64,000 nt of DNA. Origin: Patescibacteria group bacterium. Its GTDB lineage: Bacteria; Patescibacteriota; Saccharimonadia; CAILAD01; BJGX01. The notes below the pieces were generated by a model. It made no database searches and was not told the origin of the DNA. It was given only the letters and a program-made list of their open reading frames with translations. Shown piece after piece: positions 9,006-20,143 of this stretch (its first letter is position 1; every line of letters starts with the position of its first letter). Where the stretch lies: positions 724 through 64,723 of the forward strand of contig JAPLVO010000014.1 of the NCBI GenBank assembly GCA_026397045.1, written 5' to 3'. The translations under genes were made by a program, and so were the position numbers.

Positions 9006-10031
9006 TCATTGTATATTGGTATCCTTCGCAAATAGTATGTCTTGCTTCGGCTCAGCCTCCGAGCCAATCTGGCCAATATCTTTGCCAGCTACCTTGGAGT
9101 TGGTAACCACTACATTGGTACTTGCGGCGTTGCTTGTAGAGATGCGGACACTTTCCTTCGCCTGAAAAAGCTGCTTTGCGCCAGGCAACATCGTGCCCTT
9201 GAACGCATCTTTGCCATCGACCTTAACAGTGATAAAGCTGGCCTGGGTGGTGATATAAACTTGCAAGTCGACTCCATCAAAGCTGGCTGGCCTAACATCG
9301 GTGGGCAAGGCCAGCTTTGAGCCTTCTATTTTTGCGTCTACAATAATCGTTTTAGAAGATTCCTTACCAAACTTATTTCGGGCGCTGATTTTTATCTGAT
9401 TAGAGCCATCAACAAGCATCACTCGATCGCTGAAGGAGCCATCTGGGGAGCTGAGTATCGGCGAATCATTGATAAAAACATCTGATCCGCTATCGACTTC
9501 GCCGCTAACAATTATGACACTAGTGTTGGTGCTACTTTTGTCTTGATTGGCCAAATTTATAACTGGTGGCACCGATAGCTGTGAAAGCTGTAGCCCCACA
9601 TAGCCGACCATTATAAGAACAAACAGGCTTGTCAGCCCAGCTAGGATTGTCCTGGGGGTTATTACATAGGTTTGTGAATCAATCGGCTTGATCCCTCTCT
9701 TGACCTTAGACGCAGATGGCTTAGCGAGCGTCTGCGTGTCCTTTAGCCTTTCTGTAGAGTACACCTTGAGGATTTGATTGGTATCAAATCCAAGCTGATC
9801 GGCGTAATTTTTGACATAGCCTCGGCTATAGACATCGTCTGGGAGGGATTTGTAGTCACCTGCCTCTATGAGGCGAAGATATTTGACCCTAATATGAGTG
9901 TCTCTCTCGATATCCTCAAGGCTAAGATTTAACTCCTTTCGTCTTCCTGAGAGAATTTGCCCTAGGCTCGAATTGGACGATCTGGACTTCTGGAGTTTGG
10001 ATTTTGGCTTAGGTGATTCATTTGGGGTCAC
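9006..10031 (-). CDS. RodZ-like cytoskeleton protein (XRE-type HTH, TM helix, C-terminal DUF4115-like domain)
   Basis: N-terminal HTH (LNLSLEDIERDTHIRVKYLRLIE), central TM (ILAGLTSLFVLIMVGYVGL), C-terminal beta-rich domain; overlaps the ftsK stop by 14 nt. Confidence 0.7.
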   Translation of the reverse strand: MTPNESPKPKSKLQKSRSSNSSLGQILSGRRKELNLSLEDIERDTHIRVKYLRLIEAGDYKSLPDDVYSRGYVKNYADQLGFDTNQILKVYSTERLKDTQTLAKPSASKVKRGIKPIDSQTYVITPRTILAGLTSLFVLIMVGYVGLQLSQLSVPPVINLANQDKSSTNTSVIIVSGEVDSGSDVFINDSPILSSPDGSFSDRVMLVDGSNQIKISARNKFGKESSKTIIVDAKIEGSKLALPTDVRPASFDGVDLQVYITTQASFITVKVDGKDAFKGTMLPGAKQLFQAKESVRISTSNAASTNVVVTNSKVAGKDIGQIGSEAEPKQDILFAKDTNIQ

Positions 10032-12210
10032 TTTCGCCTCCGTTCACCTGCTCCATGCTATCTACCAGTACCGCGCGCGGCCTGGCGCCATCGGCCGGGC
10101 CAATAATGCTCTTTTCTTCTAGCTGAGAAATTAATCTAGCTGCTCTAGCAAAGCCGATCCTAAACCTCGTTTGAAGCATTGTCGATGAAGCCTTACCGCT
10201 CTCTATGACAAGCTCTGCGGCCTGGTCGAATAGTTCGTCATCATCCCCATCGCTTGGGCCGAATCCACCGGCGCTAGAAAGCCCTTTGATCCTTACCGAC
10301 TGAGCCAAGACCTCGTCGTTGTACTGTGGCTCGCGCTGGGCCTTAAGGAACTTCACTACTTTGGTAACTTCATCTTTTTCTATCAAGACACCCTGGGCTC
10401 GCTTAGGCTTTATAAATGACGACGGGCTCATAAATAACATATCACCGTTGCCCAGCAACTTTTCGGCGCCTGAAGTGTCAATTATGGTTTTGGAATCATT
10501 ATACTGGGGCACTGTAAAGGCAATACGGGTTGGTAGGTTATTTTTAATGGTGCCCGTTATGACCTCCACTCTTGGGGTCTGGGTAGCTAGAACCAAGTGT
10601 ATGCCGGCCTTACGAGCCATAGCTGCCAGGCTGGATATTAGCGACTCCATATCCTTCTTGGCTTTTAACATCAAGCCCGCCAGCTCATCTATTATAATCA
10701 CAATATAGGGCATTTTATCGGTGGTCTTGAGCTTATTGAACTCATCTATATTCAGCACCTGGTTCTCCTGTAGGAGCTTCAGGCGGCGCTCCATTTCGGC
10801 GACTGTCCACTTGAGCGCCGATATTGTTGGCTCTGGGTCATTGATGACTGGGCAGAGCAAATGGGGCAAATTATCATAAAGGGAGAAGTCGGCTCGTGTT
10901 GGATCGACCAGGATAAGCTTAAGCTCACTTGGGCTGTTGCGATAAAGCAGGCTGATAAGTAGACTGTGGATCATTACACTCTTACCGGTCTTGGTGGAAC
11001 CAGCAATAAGTAAATGAGGGGCTTTATCTAGATCACTTGTGATAATTTCACCAGATACATCGCGACCCAAAACAAAATTAAGCTTACCCTTGGTGGCGCT
11101 AAGCTGTGGTGAATCCAGGATATCTCTTAATCTAACCTTAGCGCGAGTTTTGTTGGGCACTTCGACACCGACCAAACTCTTGCCTGGTATCGGAGCTTCA
11201 ATTCGGACATGTTCAGCCTCAAGTGCCAGCGCTAGATTGCGATCTAGGGAGCTAAACTTAGATAGATTCACTCCTCCTGGTGGCTTTAGGGTATATTGGG
11301 AAACTGTTGGGCCAACATCAACCCCCTGCATATCGACTTTATAACCGAAGTCTAGGAAAGTCGATTTAATAATTGCGCCGTTCTTCTTGGCGTCTCCTGG
11401 ATCGGGCTGGGAGGTATTAGACTCTAGTAAATCTAGCGATGGGTATTTCCAATCGGCATCCGAGGCCATAACTATTGGTCCAGAAGGAGATTTTTCTGCT
11501 TCTCGGGCTTTAGCGTCGCCGATAGTACCTCTTACGGGAAGCGAGGTATTGATCTTAAAGCTCTTAGTGTCTAGATCGGCGGTGTCGTCTTTGGGCTTGC
11601 GTAGTGGGGAAACAATCTTAGCTGCTATCTGCTTTAATCGAGCATTAAGTGACACTATCACCGATATAATCATAAGCATTGAGAAAATAAATATAACAAC
11701 CCAGCGAGTTAGGATTGGAGACACTAATGAGTAAACGCCATACCCCACCAGTCCGCCATAGTTACCGATAGTGCTAAGATCCAGGCTAACTTCTGGCGCG
11801 ATAATGGCCTGGATTATTGTACTGGAACAAATGAACAAGCTGATGAGGCCCAGTATATTGTGGAGTCGAATCGGATACCTTTCTTGTGCGAAAAGCATGA
11901 ATGATACCCAAAATAACGCCAAGGGTAAAAGTATTATGCTCTGGCCTATCAATAATCTGAGAGACTCTAGGACCCAGCGACCTAGGCTCCCAGCTACACC
12001 AATAAGTGCCAATATAATAAATACACCTACAGTTATTAAAACTATAGCTAAGACTTCTTTTAAGACCGACCTCTTAAGGCCAGATTCCATCGAATTCGCA
12101 GCTTTAGAGTCTTGCTTCTTCTTTTTGCTTGGTTTGGTTTTGCGTTTTGGCATATCTGTTATTATATCCTTAATAAGTAGACTGTTACTAGAGTATTCTT
12201 TACATAGCAA
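10018..12210 (-). CDS. ftsK: DNA translocase FtsK/SpoIIIE
   Basis: N-terminal 4-5 TM helices, linker, motor domain with Walker A LIAGSTKTGKSV and Walker B region, C-terminal gamma (winged-helix) domain ...TRFRIGFARAARLISQLEEKSII. Confidence 0.93.
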   Translation of the reverse strand: MLCKEYSSNSLLIKDIITDMPKRKTKPSKKKKQDSKAANSMESGLKRSVLKEVLAIVLITVGVFIILALIGVAGSLGRWVLESLRLLIGQSIILLPLALFWVSFMLFAQERYPIRLHNILGLISLFICSSTIIQAIIAPEVSLDLSTIGNYGGLVGYGVYSLVSPILTRWVVIFIFSMLMIISVIVSLNARLKQIAAKIVSPLRKPKDDTADLDTKSFKINTSLPVRGTIGDAKAREAEKSPSGPIVMASDADWKYPSLDLLESNTSQPDPGDAKKNGAIIKSTFLDFGYKVDMQGVDVGPTVSQYTLKPPGGVNLSKFSSLDRNLALALEAEHVRIEAPIPGKSLVGVEVPNKTRAKVRLRDILDSPQLSATKGKLNFVLGRDVSGEIITSDLDKAPHLLIAGSTKTGKSVMIHSLLISLLYRNSPSELKLILVDPTRADFSLYDNLPHLLCPVINDPEPTISALKWTVAEMERRLKLLQENQVLNIDEFNKLKTTDKMPYIVIIIDELAGLMLKAKKDMESLISSLAAMARKAGIHLVLATQTPRVEVITGTIKNNLPTRIAFTVPQYNDSKTIIDTSGAEKLLGNGDMLFMSPSSFIKPKRAQGVLIEKDEVTKVVKFLKAQREPQYNDEVLAQSVRIKGLSSAGGFGPSDGDDDELFDQAAELVIESGKASSTMLQTRFRIGFARAARLISQLEEKSIIGPADGARPRAVLVDSMEQVNGGESDPK

Positions 12211-12295
12211 TCTGCCTTTAACATAACCATTATAGCATATTTATGTAATAAAAACAACGCTTGTCAAACATAGGCTGTTACCAGATAATATAAAG

Positions 12296-14041
12296 ATGAA
12301 AAATATCCTAAAGCTAACAAAATACCTCGGCAAAGAAAAAAGACTCTATATTATTGTTTTTATTCTATCCGCGATTGCTGCCTTAGTTAGCGCCATCCTA
12401 CCCTTCCTATTTAGCAATATCATCAACGATTTGGCCAAATTAGGCTCAGGCGTGGAGCTGGGCTCAATTAGCGATAGCCTAATATTTTTTGTCTTACTGC
12501 TAGTTTTCAATAGAATAATCAGCTTCTTCAACGAGAAATATGGTGATACCTCTAGAATAAATATGGTTACGGGCTTTAGGCCTAAAATATTCAAACATAT
12601 CATAAGCCTTTCAGTGGACTACACCGAAAGGCATCGTGCTGGCAGTATCCTAAGTAAGGTTAATACTGGTATCAATGACTTTTTTAACTGGCTATTTCAG
12701 CTCACAGCCTGGTCGACTTCGCTTATATTTGAAACCCTATTTGTCTTAATCATCCTACTCATAAAGCTCCCCCAGGTTGGTTTGGTATTCGTGGTGATTC
12801 TACCGATAATGGGTCTTATATCTATAAAAAAGATTCAAGCCGCCAAGCAGTACCGTGAAAAAGCTAATAAAAACTGGGAGTACCAGGCTGGGTTTTTAGC
12901 TGAATCAGTCGGCAATCTATCCACCATTAAGGCGATGAGTACTGAAAAAAAGTCGATCAATAAATTTGAGTCCTACCAAAACAAAATCTTAGCCAACAGA
13001 CTAATTCAGTTCAAGTATGATAGATGGTTTAATTTGGGTAGAGACAGCCTCGGAGACATAGCATTACTTATCTCGGTTATTTATGTGTCCTACATGGCGT
13101 ACAACGGCAAGCTCAGTGCTGGTGATCTATTTTTAGTAGTGTTTTATGCTAGGAACTTAATATCTTCAGTGGCGCCACTTAGTAGGTTTATCAATGATAC
13201 AGCTGAGTCTGATATAACTACCGGTCGGTTGGTGGAGCTACTCGAAACCAAGCCATTGGTGACCGATAAGGAACATGCCAAAAATCTAGACAAGCTGGAG
13301 TCTGTAGAATTCAAAAATGTATATTTCGAATATCCTAATTCTAAAAAAGGTGCTATTTTTAACATCAGCTTCAAGATAGGCCCCGGCAAATCTCTGGCTC
13401 TAGTTGGCCCTTCCGGTACTGGCAAATCCACAATCACCAAGCTACTATTTAGATTCTATGAGCCTACATCCGGGCAGATTCTCATTAATGGTCAAGACAT
13501 AACGAATTACAGACAAGATTCGCTCAGGTCGAAGCTGGCTATCGTAATGCAAGATGTTGCACTTTTTAATACCACCGTCAAAGAAAACTTATCAATCGCA
13601 GCCGTCAAAACTTCAGATACAGACATACAAAAAGCAGCTCGCTTGGCTAATGCCGATGAGTTTATTTCTAATTTTGATAAAGGCTACAACACTCTCGTAG
13701 GTGAGCGTGGTATAAAGCTAAGTGGTGGGCAAAAACAGCGCATCGCAATCACCAGGGCAATACTCAAAAACCCAGATATGATTGTGCTTGATGAGGCCAC
13801 TAGTGCACTCGACAGCGAGACAGAACAGCAGGTACAGGAGGCTTTAGGCAAACTACTCTTCCACAAGATGTCGCTTATTATTGCCCACCGACTCAGCACT
13901 GTTAGGCATGTTGATGAAATAATTGTTATGAAAAATGGACGAGTCCATGAGTCTGGTAGCCACGCTAGCTTACTACGCAAAAAAGGACTGTATGCCAAGC
14001 TATTTAACATACAGTCCAAAACCGGAAAAGTTGATTTGTAA
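12296..14041 (+). CDS. ABC transporter, fused permease/ATP-binding protein (MsbA/lipid-exporter-like)
   Basis: Six TM helices then NBD with Walker A GPSGTGKST, signature LSGGQKQRIAITRA, Walker B IVLDEATSALD. Confidence 0.9.
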   Translation: MKNILKLTKYLGKEKRLYIIVFILSAIAALVSAILPFLFSNIINDLAKLGSGVELGSISDSLIFFVLLLVFNRIISFFNEKYGDTSRINMVTGFRPKIFKHIISLSVDYTERHRAGSILSKVNTGINDFFNWLFQLTAWSTSLIFETLFVLIILLIKLPQVGLVFVVILPIMGLISIKKIQAAKQYREKANKNWEYQAGFLAESVGNLSTIKAMSTEKKSINKFESYQNKILANRLIQFKYDRWFNLGRDSLGDIALLISVIYVSYMAYNGKLSAGDLFLVVFYARNLISSVAPLSRFINDTAESDITTGRLVELLETKPLVTDKEHAKNLDKLESVEFKNVYFEYPNSKKGAIFNISFKIGPGKSLALVGPSGTGKSTITKLLFRFYEPTSGQILINGQDITNYRQDSLRSKLAIVMQDVALFNTTVKENLSIAAVKTSDTDIQKAARLANADEFISNFDKGYNTLVGERGIKLSGGQKQRIAITRAILKNPDMIVLDEATSALDSETEQQVQEALGKLLFHKMSLIIAHRLSTVRHVDEIIVMKNGRVHESGSHASLLRKKGLYAKLFNIQSKTGKVDL

Positions 14042-14042
14042 A

Positions 14043-14729
14043 TTATTTTGTATCCGAGATGTATTTGTAAGCAAAGGCTCCAATAATACCACCGATAATC
14101 GGTGCTACAAAAAACAGCCAAAGCTGGCTTGTGGCCTGACCGCCAACAAAAATGGCGACACCCATACTACGGGCAGGATTTACCGAAGTATTATCGACAG
14201 GAATACTGATCATATGAACAAGCGCCAGCATAAAGCCAGCCGCTATTCCGCCAAAGCCTGGTGTGAATTTCTTATCGGTAGTCGATGCAACCGCAAAGAC
14301 CAAAAGTGCCGTCATGACGATCTCAGTAAAGAATACAGTTCGTATGCCCACTCCTGTTGGTGATAGCTCGCCCCAGCCATTAACAGCAAAAGTCTGCGCA
14401 GACAGCACGAACCCTGGTGTATGGGTGGCGATTACATATATAACCAGCCCTCCAAGTATCCCGCCAATAATTTGTGCGGTGATATAACCTGGAACTTTGT
14501 TCCAATCGAACTTCTTAATAGATGCCAGTCCGATTGTAACGGCTGGGTTAATATGCGCGCCAGAAATATGCCCAATCACATAGGCCATAATTAGTAACGA
14601 TAAGCCAAATGCTAGTGATACACCCAAAACTCCAACTTTGTTTGCAGCTAGTACAGCCGTACCGCAACCGCCCAGAACTAGAATAGCTGTGCCAAGCGCC
14701 TCTGCAATGTATGGCTTCAAGTCCTTCAT
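14043..14729 (-). CDS. MIP-family aquaporin/glycerol facilitator
   Basis: Two NPA motifs (SGAHINPAVT and SVNPARS) in a 228-aa six-TM protein. Confidence 0.9.
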   Translation of the reverse strand: MKDLKPYIAEALGTAILVLGGCGTAVLAANKVGVLGVSLAFGLSLLIMAYVIGHISGAHINPAVTIGLASIKKFDWNKVPGYITAQIIGGILGGLVIYVIATHTPGFVLSAQTFAVNGWGELSPTGVGIRTVFFTEIVMTALLVFAVASTTDKKFTPGFGGIAAGFMLALVHMISIPVDNTSVNPARSMGVAIFVGGQATSQLWLFFVAPIIGGIIGAFAYKYISDTK

Positions 14730-14801
14730 AAAATCTCCTTAGTTATGAATTTAATATACTACCAAGCATAGTGCCATGCAAGAATAATATTCGGACTACT
14801 A

Positions 14802-16856
14802 CTAAACCTCGATAACAACCGGCAATACGATTGGATTACGCTTAGTTATTTTGTAGAGATAGTTACTAAGTTCATCGCGCATACGAGCCTTGAATATAGG
14901 AGAGCTAGCAGGAACCCCCGGGCTTTTATTGGCAAAAATGTTTTTAACAATCTTACGCGAATTATTTAGTATATCAGCGTTGTCTTTGACATAAATGAAG
15001 CCTCGGCTAATAATGTCTGGGCTAGTGACTAGCTTGCCGGTTTTTTTATCGACCGTGGCAACCACCATAAAGACACCATCGCTACTCATAGCCAATCGAT
15101 CCTTAAGAACGATTTCTTGGACATCGCCAATACCAGCTCCGTCGATCAACACTTCGCCCGTCTGGACTTTCTTGCCAAGCTTAATTACTTCTTTGTCCAT
15201 TTCTAAAGTTTGGCCATTTTCTACTACGAATACATTTTTAGGGTCATAGCCCATGTCGAGCGCAATTTTAGCATTGTGCTTCATATGATGAAGCTCGCCG
15301 TGGATTGGCAAATAATACTTCGGTCGAACTAGCTCGATCATCTCCTTAACCTCATCAACATTAGCGTGCCCTGAGATATGGAATATGCCCAAATCATCAA
15401 TCGCTTTGGTTCCATCCTGATAAACATAAGCACCCCAGCGGAATAGATTATCCACCATGCCAAAAATGGACTTTTCATTGCCTGGGATCATTGAGGCAGA
15501 AAGTACCACAATATCGCCTTCTTTCAATTTAACATCACGGTGTTCGCCTCTGCCCATGCGTTGCAGCGCCGAGAATTCTTCACCCTGTGAGCCTGTAGTA
15601 AGTACGGCTAATTGACTATCTTGGTAGCTCTTCATATCCTGAGCCTTAACGATAAGCCCTGGTGGGACTTTGACATAGCCAAGCTTTACGGAAAGCTCAA
15701 GGTTATTAACCATACTTCGACCAGCAACAACCAGCTTACGATGGGCTTTTTCGACAGCATTAATTATAATTTGCATTCGCGTAATCTGACTTCCGAATGA
15801 AGAAATTATTACACGCTTGTTATAATTACGCACCATAATCTCATCAAGCGTTTTGATTATTTCTGTTTCTGATGGAGTACGGCCAGGATTTTCACAGTTC
15901 GTGGAATCGCACATCAAAAGTGCAACGCCTTCATCGCCTATTTCCTTTAATCTACCCTTATCAGATAGCTTGCCGTCTAATGGCTGTTCTTCGAAGCGCC
16001 AATCGCCGGTGTTGATGATTGTACCAACAGGAGTGTGGATCGCCAACGCACAGGCGTCGGGGATAGAATGATTTATGCGTATAAACTCTACCGTGAATAC
16101 ACCGAGTTGGATTTTATCATGAGTGTCTTGATTTATAGTGTGTAGTTCGGGCTTAAAATCTAGATGGTACTCTTCAAGTTTGCGCTCTATAAACTTAATG
16201 GTAAATTTAGCGGCGTAAATAGGGGCCGGGATCTTAGGTAGTAAGAATGGAATACCACCGACATGGTCTTCGTGGGCATGTGTAATGACGATTCCACGGA
16301 TCTTGTGCTTGCGCTCCTCTAGATAGGTAATATCTGGGACTACTAAGTCAATTCCAGGCTGGTCTTCGTTCGGGAAAGTAAAGCCCATATCCATAATGAT
16401 AATGTCATTTTCGTACTCTAGGGCCATTAGATTTTTACCAATCTGGCCAAGGCCACCAAGCGGGACAATCTTGAGCTTTCCAGCGTCTATCTTGCTCATA
16501 CCTACTGGAGCGGCTATGACTGGCCTGGTGTCAGTTGGCTTACCGTTTTGATTGAAACTACCGACGGCATACTGAGTCGGGCGCTTATCGAAGCGTCTAT
16601 TGTTATTATTACGGGGCCGTTGGAACTTTTGGTTTTTGTTATGAGGATTACGCCCTGCATTACCTGCCGGTGTGGGCTTTGAGGCATCCCTCGACTGCTC
16701 TGTGGTTGCAGAACTAGGGGTGGCAGTTGGCGAACTTGAGGCTGAGCCAGCGGAGGCCGGAGTGGCTTGTTTGGCTTGGCCTGCTTGGTTGTTAGGTTTT
16801 GTAAAACCTAGGTCTTGAGCCGTTAGTGGACGGCTTTTTAAATCATCTTTTGACAT
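14802..16856 (-). CDS. rnj: Ribonuclease J (about 120-aa disordered N-terminal extension)
   Basis: Metallo-beta-lactamase motif HAHEDHVGG, beta-CASP and C-terminal domain; the RNase J core starts at ...KLKIVPLGGLGQIGKN. The N-terminus is S/T/A/N/R-rich. Confidence 0.92.
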   Translation of the reverse strand: MSKDDLKSRPLTAQDLGFTKPNNQAGQAKQATPASAGSASSSPTATPSSATTEQSRDASKPTPAGNAGRNPHNKNQKFQRPRNNNNRRFDKRPTQYAVGSFNQNGKPTDTRPVIAAPVGMSKIDAGKLKIVPLGGLGQIGKNLMALEYENDIIIMDMGFTFPNEDQPGIDLVVPDITYLEERKHKIRGIVITHAHEDHVGGIPFLLPKIPAPIYAAKFTIKFIERKLEEYHLDFKPELHTINQDTHDKIQLGVFTVEFIRINHSIPDACALAIHTPVGTIINTGDWRFEEQPLDGKLSDKGRLKEIGDEGVALLMCDSTNCENPGRTPSETEIIKTLDEIMVRNYNKRVIISSFGSQITRMQIIINAVEKAHRKLVVAGRSMVNNLELSVKLGYVKVPPGLIVKAQDMKSYQDSQLAVLTTGSQGEEFSALQRMGRGEHRDVKLKEGDIVVLSASMIPGNEKSIFGMVDNLFRWGAYVYQDGTKAIDDLGIFHISGHANVDEVKEMIELVRPKYYLPIHGELHHMKHNAKIALDMGYDPKNVFVVENGQTLEMDKEVIKLGKKVQTGEVLIDGAGIGDVQEIVLKDRLAMSSDGVFMVVATVDKKTGKLVTSPDIISRGFIYVKDNADILNNSRKIVKNIFANKSPGVPASSPIFKARMRDELSNYLYKITKRNPIVLPVVIEV

Positions 16857-16895
16857 ACTTTTATAATATATCCTTTCTTATTTTTTAATAGATTA

Positions 16896-17519
16896 TTAAC
16901 TGATTAGTTCTAATATTTTAGGTATTTTTGTAAAATCCTGTATCAATACCTGGCGCATGGAGCCATTATATAGGGCTGCGGCTGGGTGATATAGCGGCAA
17001 AAATGTGCCCTCGATTATAAGCTTACTACTAAATTTTACCCTGGCCTCAATATGCTCGCCATGGACTTGGCCTATCTTGAGATTTGGGAAAAATACATTC
17101 ATTGAATGTCGGCCTAAAAATACAATCAGCAAGGGGCTGATTACTTCTACTTGGGCGAGCAAGCTCGGGAGGCAGGCTTTGATTTCGGAGGGCTTGGGGT
17201 CGCGATTTTTAGGAGGTCGAAACTTCACGATATTAGTAATGAATACATCCTTTCGCTTCATACCAATTCCTTCGAGCATCTCATCTAAAAACCTACCGCT
17301 AGCACCGATAAAGGGCTTACCTAGCTTGTCTTCTTGAGCCCCTGGGGCTTCACCTATAAACATTAGTTTGGCGTTGGGATCTCCTTCGCCAGGTACGGGG
17401 TTTTGGCAGTTTTGGGCTATTTTGATATCTATATCACGATTCGTAATAGATTTGGCGATGATATCTAATTCGCGTCTCTTTTGCTTAAGATCCATATATC
17501 CCCCCAGTCCTACCCGCAT
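16896..17519 (-). CDS. Uracil-DNA glycosylase, family 4
   Basis: Motif GEAPGAQEDKLGKPFIGASGRFLD, typical of family-4 UDG / phage SPO1 DNA polymerase-related proteins. Confidence 0.85.
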   Translation of the reverse strand: MRVGLGGYMDLKQKRRELDIIAKSITNRDIDIKIAQNCQNPVPGEGDPNAKLMFIGEAPGAQEDKLGKPFIGASGRFLDEMLEGIGMKRKDVFITNIVKFRPPKNRDPKPSEIKACLPSLLAQVEVISPLLIVFLGRHSMNVFFPNLKIGQVHGEHIEARVKFSSKLIIEGTFLPLYHPAAALYNGSMRQVLIQDFTKIPKILELIS

Positions 17520-17549
17520 TAATGTGGGTAGACTCTGGACTGACAGTGT

Positions 17550-19715
17550 CTACTGCTTAGCGGCTTTAATGGAAAGGTTTAATCTTCCCCGATCGTCTAT
17601 CTCGGTAAGCTTGACCTTAACTTCATCACCTTCACTTAATTCCGAGTGTATATCCTCGACTCGTTCGTCGCGTATCTGGCTGACATGAACCATTCCTTCT
17701 TTGCCTGGTAGGATCTCTACGAATGCTCCAAATTCCATCACCTTAACTACTCTACCGTCATAGATCCTTCCAACCTCTGGATCGGCCACTATTGATTCGA
17801 TCATTTCTTTGGCTACCTTGGCTGCTCCCGCATCAGAGCCCGATATCATTACAAGGCCAGAATCTTCTATGTCGATATCGACACCTGTTTCTGAAGTAAT
17901 ACGCTGGATGGTCTCGCCACCCTTACCTATTACTTCTCTAATCTTACTCGGGTCAATCTGGAGTTTGGTTATTATAGGTGCAAAGGGGCTTAGTTCCTCG
18001 CGAGGCTTAGAAATGACCTTAAGCATGGCATCTAGTATTTCAGAGCGGCCTAATTTGCTCTGCATAAGTGCAGATGTGAGTATCTCATGACTAAGGCCCT
18101 TGAGCTTAATATCCATTTGCAAAGCAGTGATACCCTTAGCTGTTCCGGTTACCTTAAAGTCCATATCGCCAGCAAAGTCTTCGGCGTCTTGAATATCAGA
18201 CAATATCACATATTCGCTAGGCTTAGAGTGGTTGACCATAAGCCCCATCGCTATACCACTAACTGGGCTCTTGATAGGAACTCCTGCATCCATCAGGCTC
18301 AGTGTACTGGCGCAAGTTGCGGCCATAGAGGTAGACCCAGCACTGCTTAGTATCTCCGTAACCACCCTGACAGTGTAAGGGAAATCTTCCTTCTCGGGCA
18401 TGACTGGCAAAAGGGCTCGCTCGGCGAGATTACCATGGCCTATTTCTCGGCGGCTAGTTGACCGCATTGGCCTAGCTTCGCCTATTGAGAAAGATGGAAA
18501 ATTATAGTGGTGCATATAGAATTTTTCGGTATCCTCTTCCATCGACTCTATTTGCTGGGCTGCCCCAGCTGGAGCCAAGGTCGTGAGTGTTAAGCCTTGT
18601 GTTGCTCCCCTGGTAAACAAGCCGCTGCCGTGGGTGCGCGGGATTAAACCCACCTGCATGCTTAAGGGTCGTATTTCAGTACTCTTACGATTATCAGGCC
18701 TAGCAGAGTCCTCTAGGATAGATCGGCGAATCTCTTTATCTATGATTTTCTCAAATACGACCTCGATATCTGGATGTCCATAGCGCTTTTTGCCATCATC
18801 CTCGACATCATTAGGCAATATCCCAAACTCAGCCATGACTTCATCATGAAGCTCATCTATCGCTTCGTGGCGCTTGGTCTTATCGGCATGTCGGACTCGA
18901 TCCCCTAGGCGATCTGAAAGATACTCATAGACCTTTTCTTCGGCTTCTTTACTGGGTACAAATAGCTCATATTCCTTAGTCTTAATACCAAGTTCCTTGA
19001 TCATTTTATTTTGGATATCAATCACTGGCTGCCACTCTTTAATGGCCAGTTCGAAGCCTTCGAGGATTAAATCCTCGGATACTTCGTCGGCAATAGACTC
19101 CACCATTAGTATGGCTTCCTTCGTACCGGCAACAGTTAGATTCAAATTGCTACCTTCCTGCTCGCTAACTGTAGGGTTTACTACTAGTTTGCCATCAATC
19201 TGGCCTATTCTGGCAGCCGCCACTGGGCCTTCAAAAGGTGTACCAGCCAACATTAAGGCGGTTGATGCAGCGATAATTGCGATTACATCTGGCTCGTTTT
19301 GAAGATCGGTGCTCAGTACGGTAACCACTACCTGCACATCATTGCGGTAGCCTTTAGGAAATAGTGGCCTAATCGGCCGGTCTATCAGCCTAGAAGTAAG
19401 GATTGCTCGATCCGACGGTCGGCCTTCGCGCTTCACATAGCGAGATCCAGAAACCTTGCCCGAAGCATACCAGCGCTCCTCATAATCAATAAGCAGGGGG
19501 AAGAAATCGGTATCTGGCTTTGGCTTAGGTTCAACAACAGCTGTCGCCAGAACCATAGTGTCGCCACACCTTACAGTAACTGAGCCATCGGCTCTAAAGG
19601 CCATATTGCCTGTTTCAAATATTAATTTTTTACCTGCAAAATCTGTTTCAAACCTAGATGTTTTGCCTCCAAAGGGATGGATTATTTCCATATTATTATG
19701 CCTTTCTATAGCCAT
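17550..19715 (-). CDS. pnp: Polyribonucleotide nucleotidyltransferase (PNPase)
   Basis: 721 aa, two RNase PH domains, KH and C-terminal S1 domain; the rpsO-pnp arrangement. Confidence 0.95.
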   Translation of the reverse strand: MAIERHNNMEIIHPFGGKTSRFETDFAGKKLIFETGNMAFRADGSVTVRCGDTMVLATAVVEPKPKPDTDFFPLLIDYEERWYASGKVSGSRYVKREGRPSDRAILTSRLIDRPIRPLFPKGYRNDVQVVVTVLSTDLQNEPDVIAIIAASTALMLAGTPFEGPVAAARIGQIDGKLVVNPTVSEQEGSNLNLTVAGTKEAILMVESIADEVSEDLILEGFELAIKEWQPVIDIQNKMIKELGIKTKEYELFVPSKEAEEKVYEYLSDRLGDRVRHADKTKRHEAIDELHDEVMAEFGILPNDVEDDGKKRYGHPDIEVVFEKIIDKEIRRSILEDSARPDNRKSTEIRPLSMQVGLIPRTHGSGLFTRGATQGLTLTTLAPAGAAQQIESMEEDTEKFYMHHYNFPSFSIGEARPMRSTSRREIGHGNLAERALLPVMPEKEDFPYTVRVVTEILSSAGSTSMAATCASTLSLMDAGVPIKSPVSGIAMGLMVNHSKPSEYVILSDIQDAEDFAGDMDFKVTGTAKGITALQMDIKLKGLSHEILTSALMQSKLGRSEILDAMLKVISKPREELSPFAPIITKLQIDPSKIREVIGKGGETIQRITSETGVDIDIEDSGLVMISGSDAGAAKVAKEMIESIVADPEVGRIYDGRVVKVMEFGAFVEILPGKEGMVHVSQIRDERVEDIHSELSEGDEVKVKLTEIDDRGRLNLSIKAAKQ

Positions 19716-19846
19716 GAGATAATTACATTTTACTATTAGTTTCGGAATTAATTGATCAAGTTTTTTAGGATCAATCTGTTCCGCTACTAAAATGAATAAT
19801 CAAATTATGCTAAATTTTTAAAATACTGTTAAACGAAATCAAATAG

Positions 19847-20113
19847 CTATCGTCGGAGCTTCAGCTTTTTAACCAATGCCTCATAACGATTATGGTCTTT
19901 TTTGCTTAGGTAGTCGAGCAGCCTTCTGCGCTTACTAACCATCGCGAGCAGCCCACGGCGGCTGTGGTTGTCTTTTTTGTGGGTCTTAAGGTGGTCGGTA
20001 AGAGATTTAATATTCTCTGTAAATAGCGCAACCTGAACTTCGGCCGAACCAGTGTCCTTGCTGTGGATACCGTTATCCTTCATCACTTTAGCTTTGATAG
20101 TTTTTTGAATCAT
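19847..20113 (-). CDS. rpsO: 30S ribosomal protein S15
   Basis: 88 aa ...[50 protein letters not shown]. Confidence 0.93.
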   Translation of the reverse strand: MIQKTIKAKVMKDNGIHSKDTGSAEVQVALFTENIKSLTDHLKTHKKDNHSRRGLLAMVSKRRRLLDYLSKKDHNRYEALVKKLKLRR

Positions 20114-20143
20114 ACTCGAATTATATTAGCAGAAATTGGCATA

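Noticed and set aside
13684-14363. ORFs 13684-14121 (-) and 13935-14363 (+) overlapping the ABC transporter end and the aquaporin
   Set aside because: They overlap well-supported genes in other frames; no motifs.
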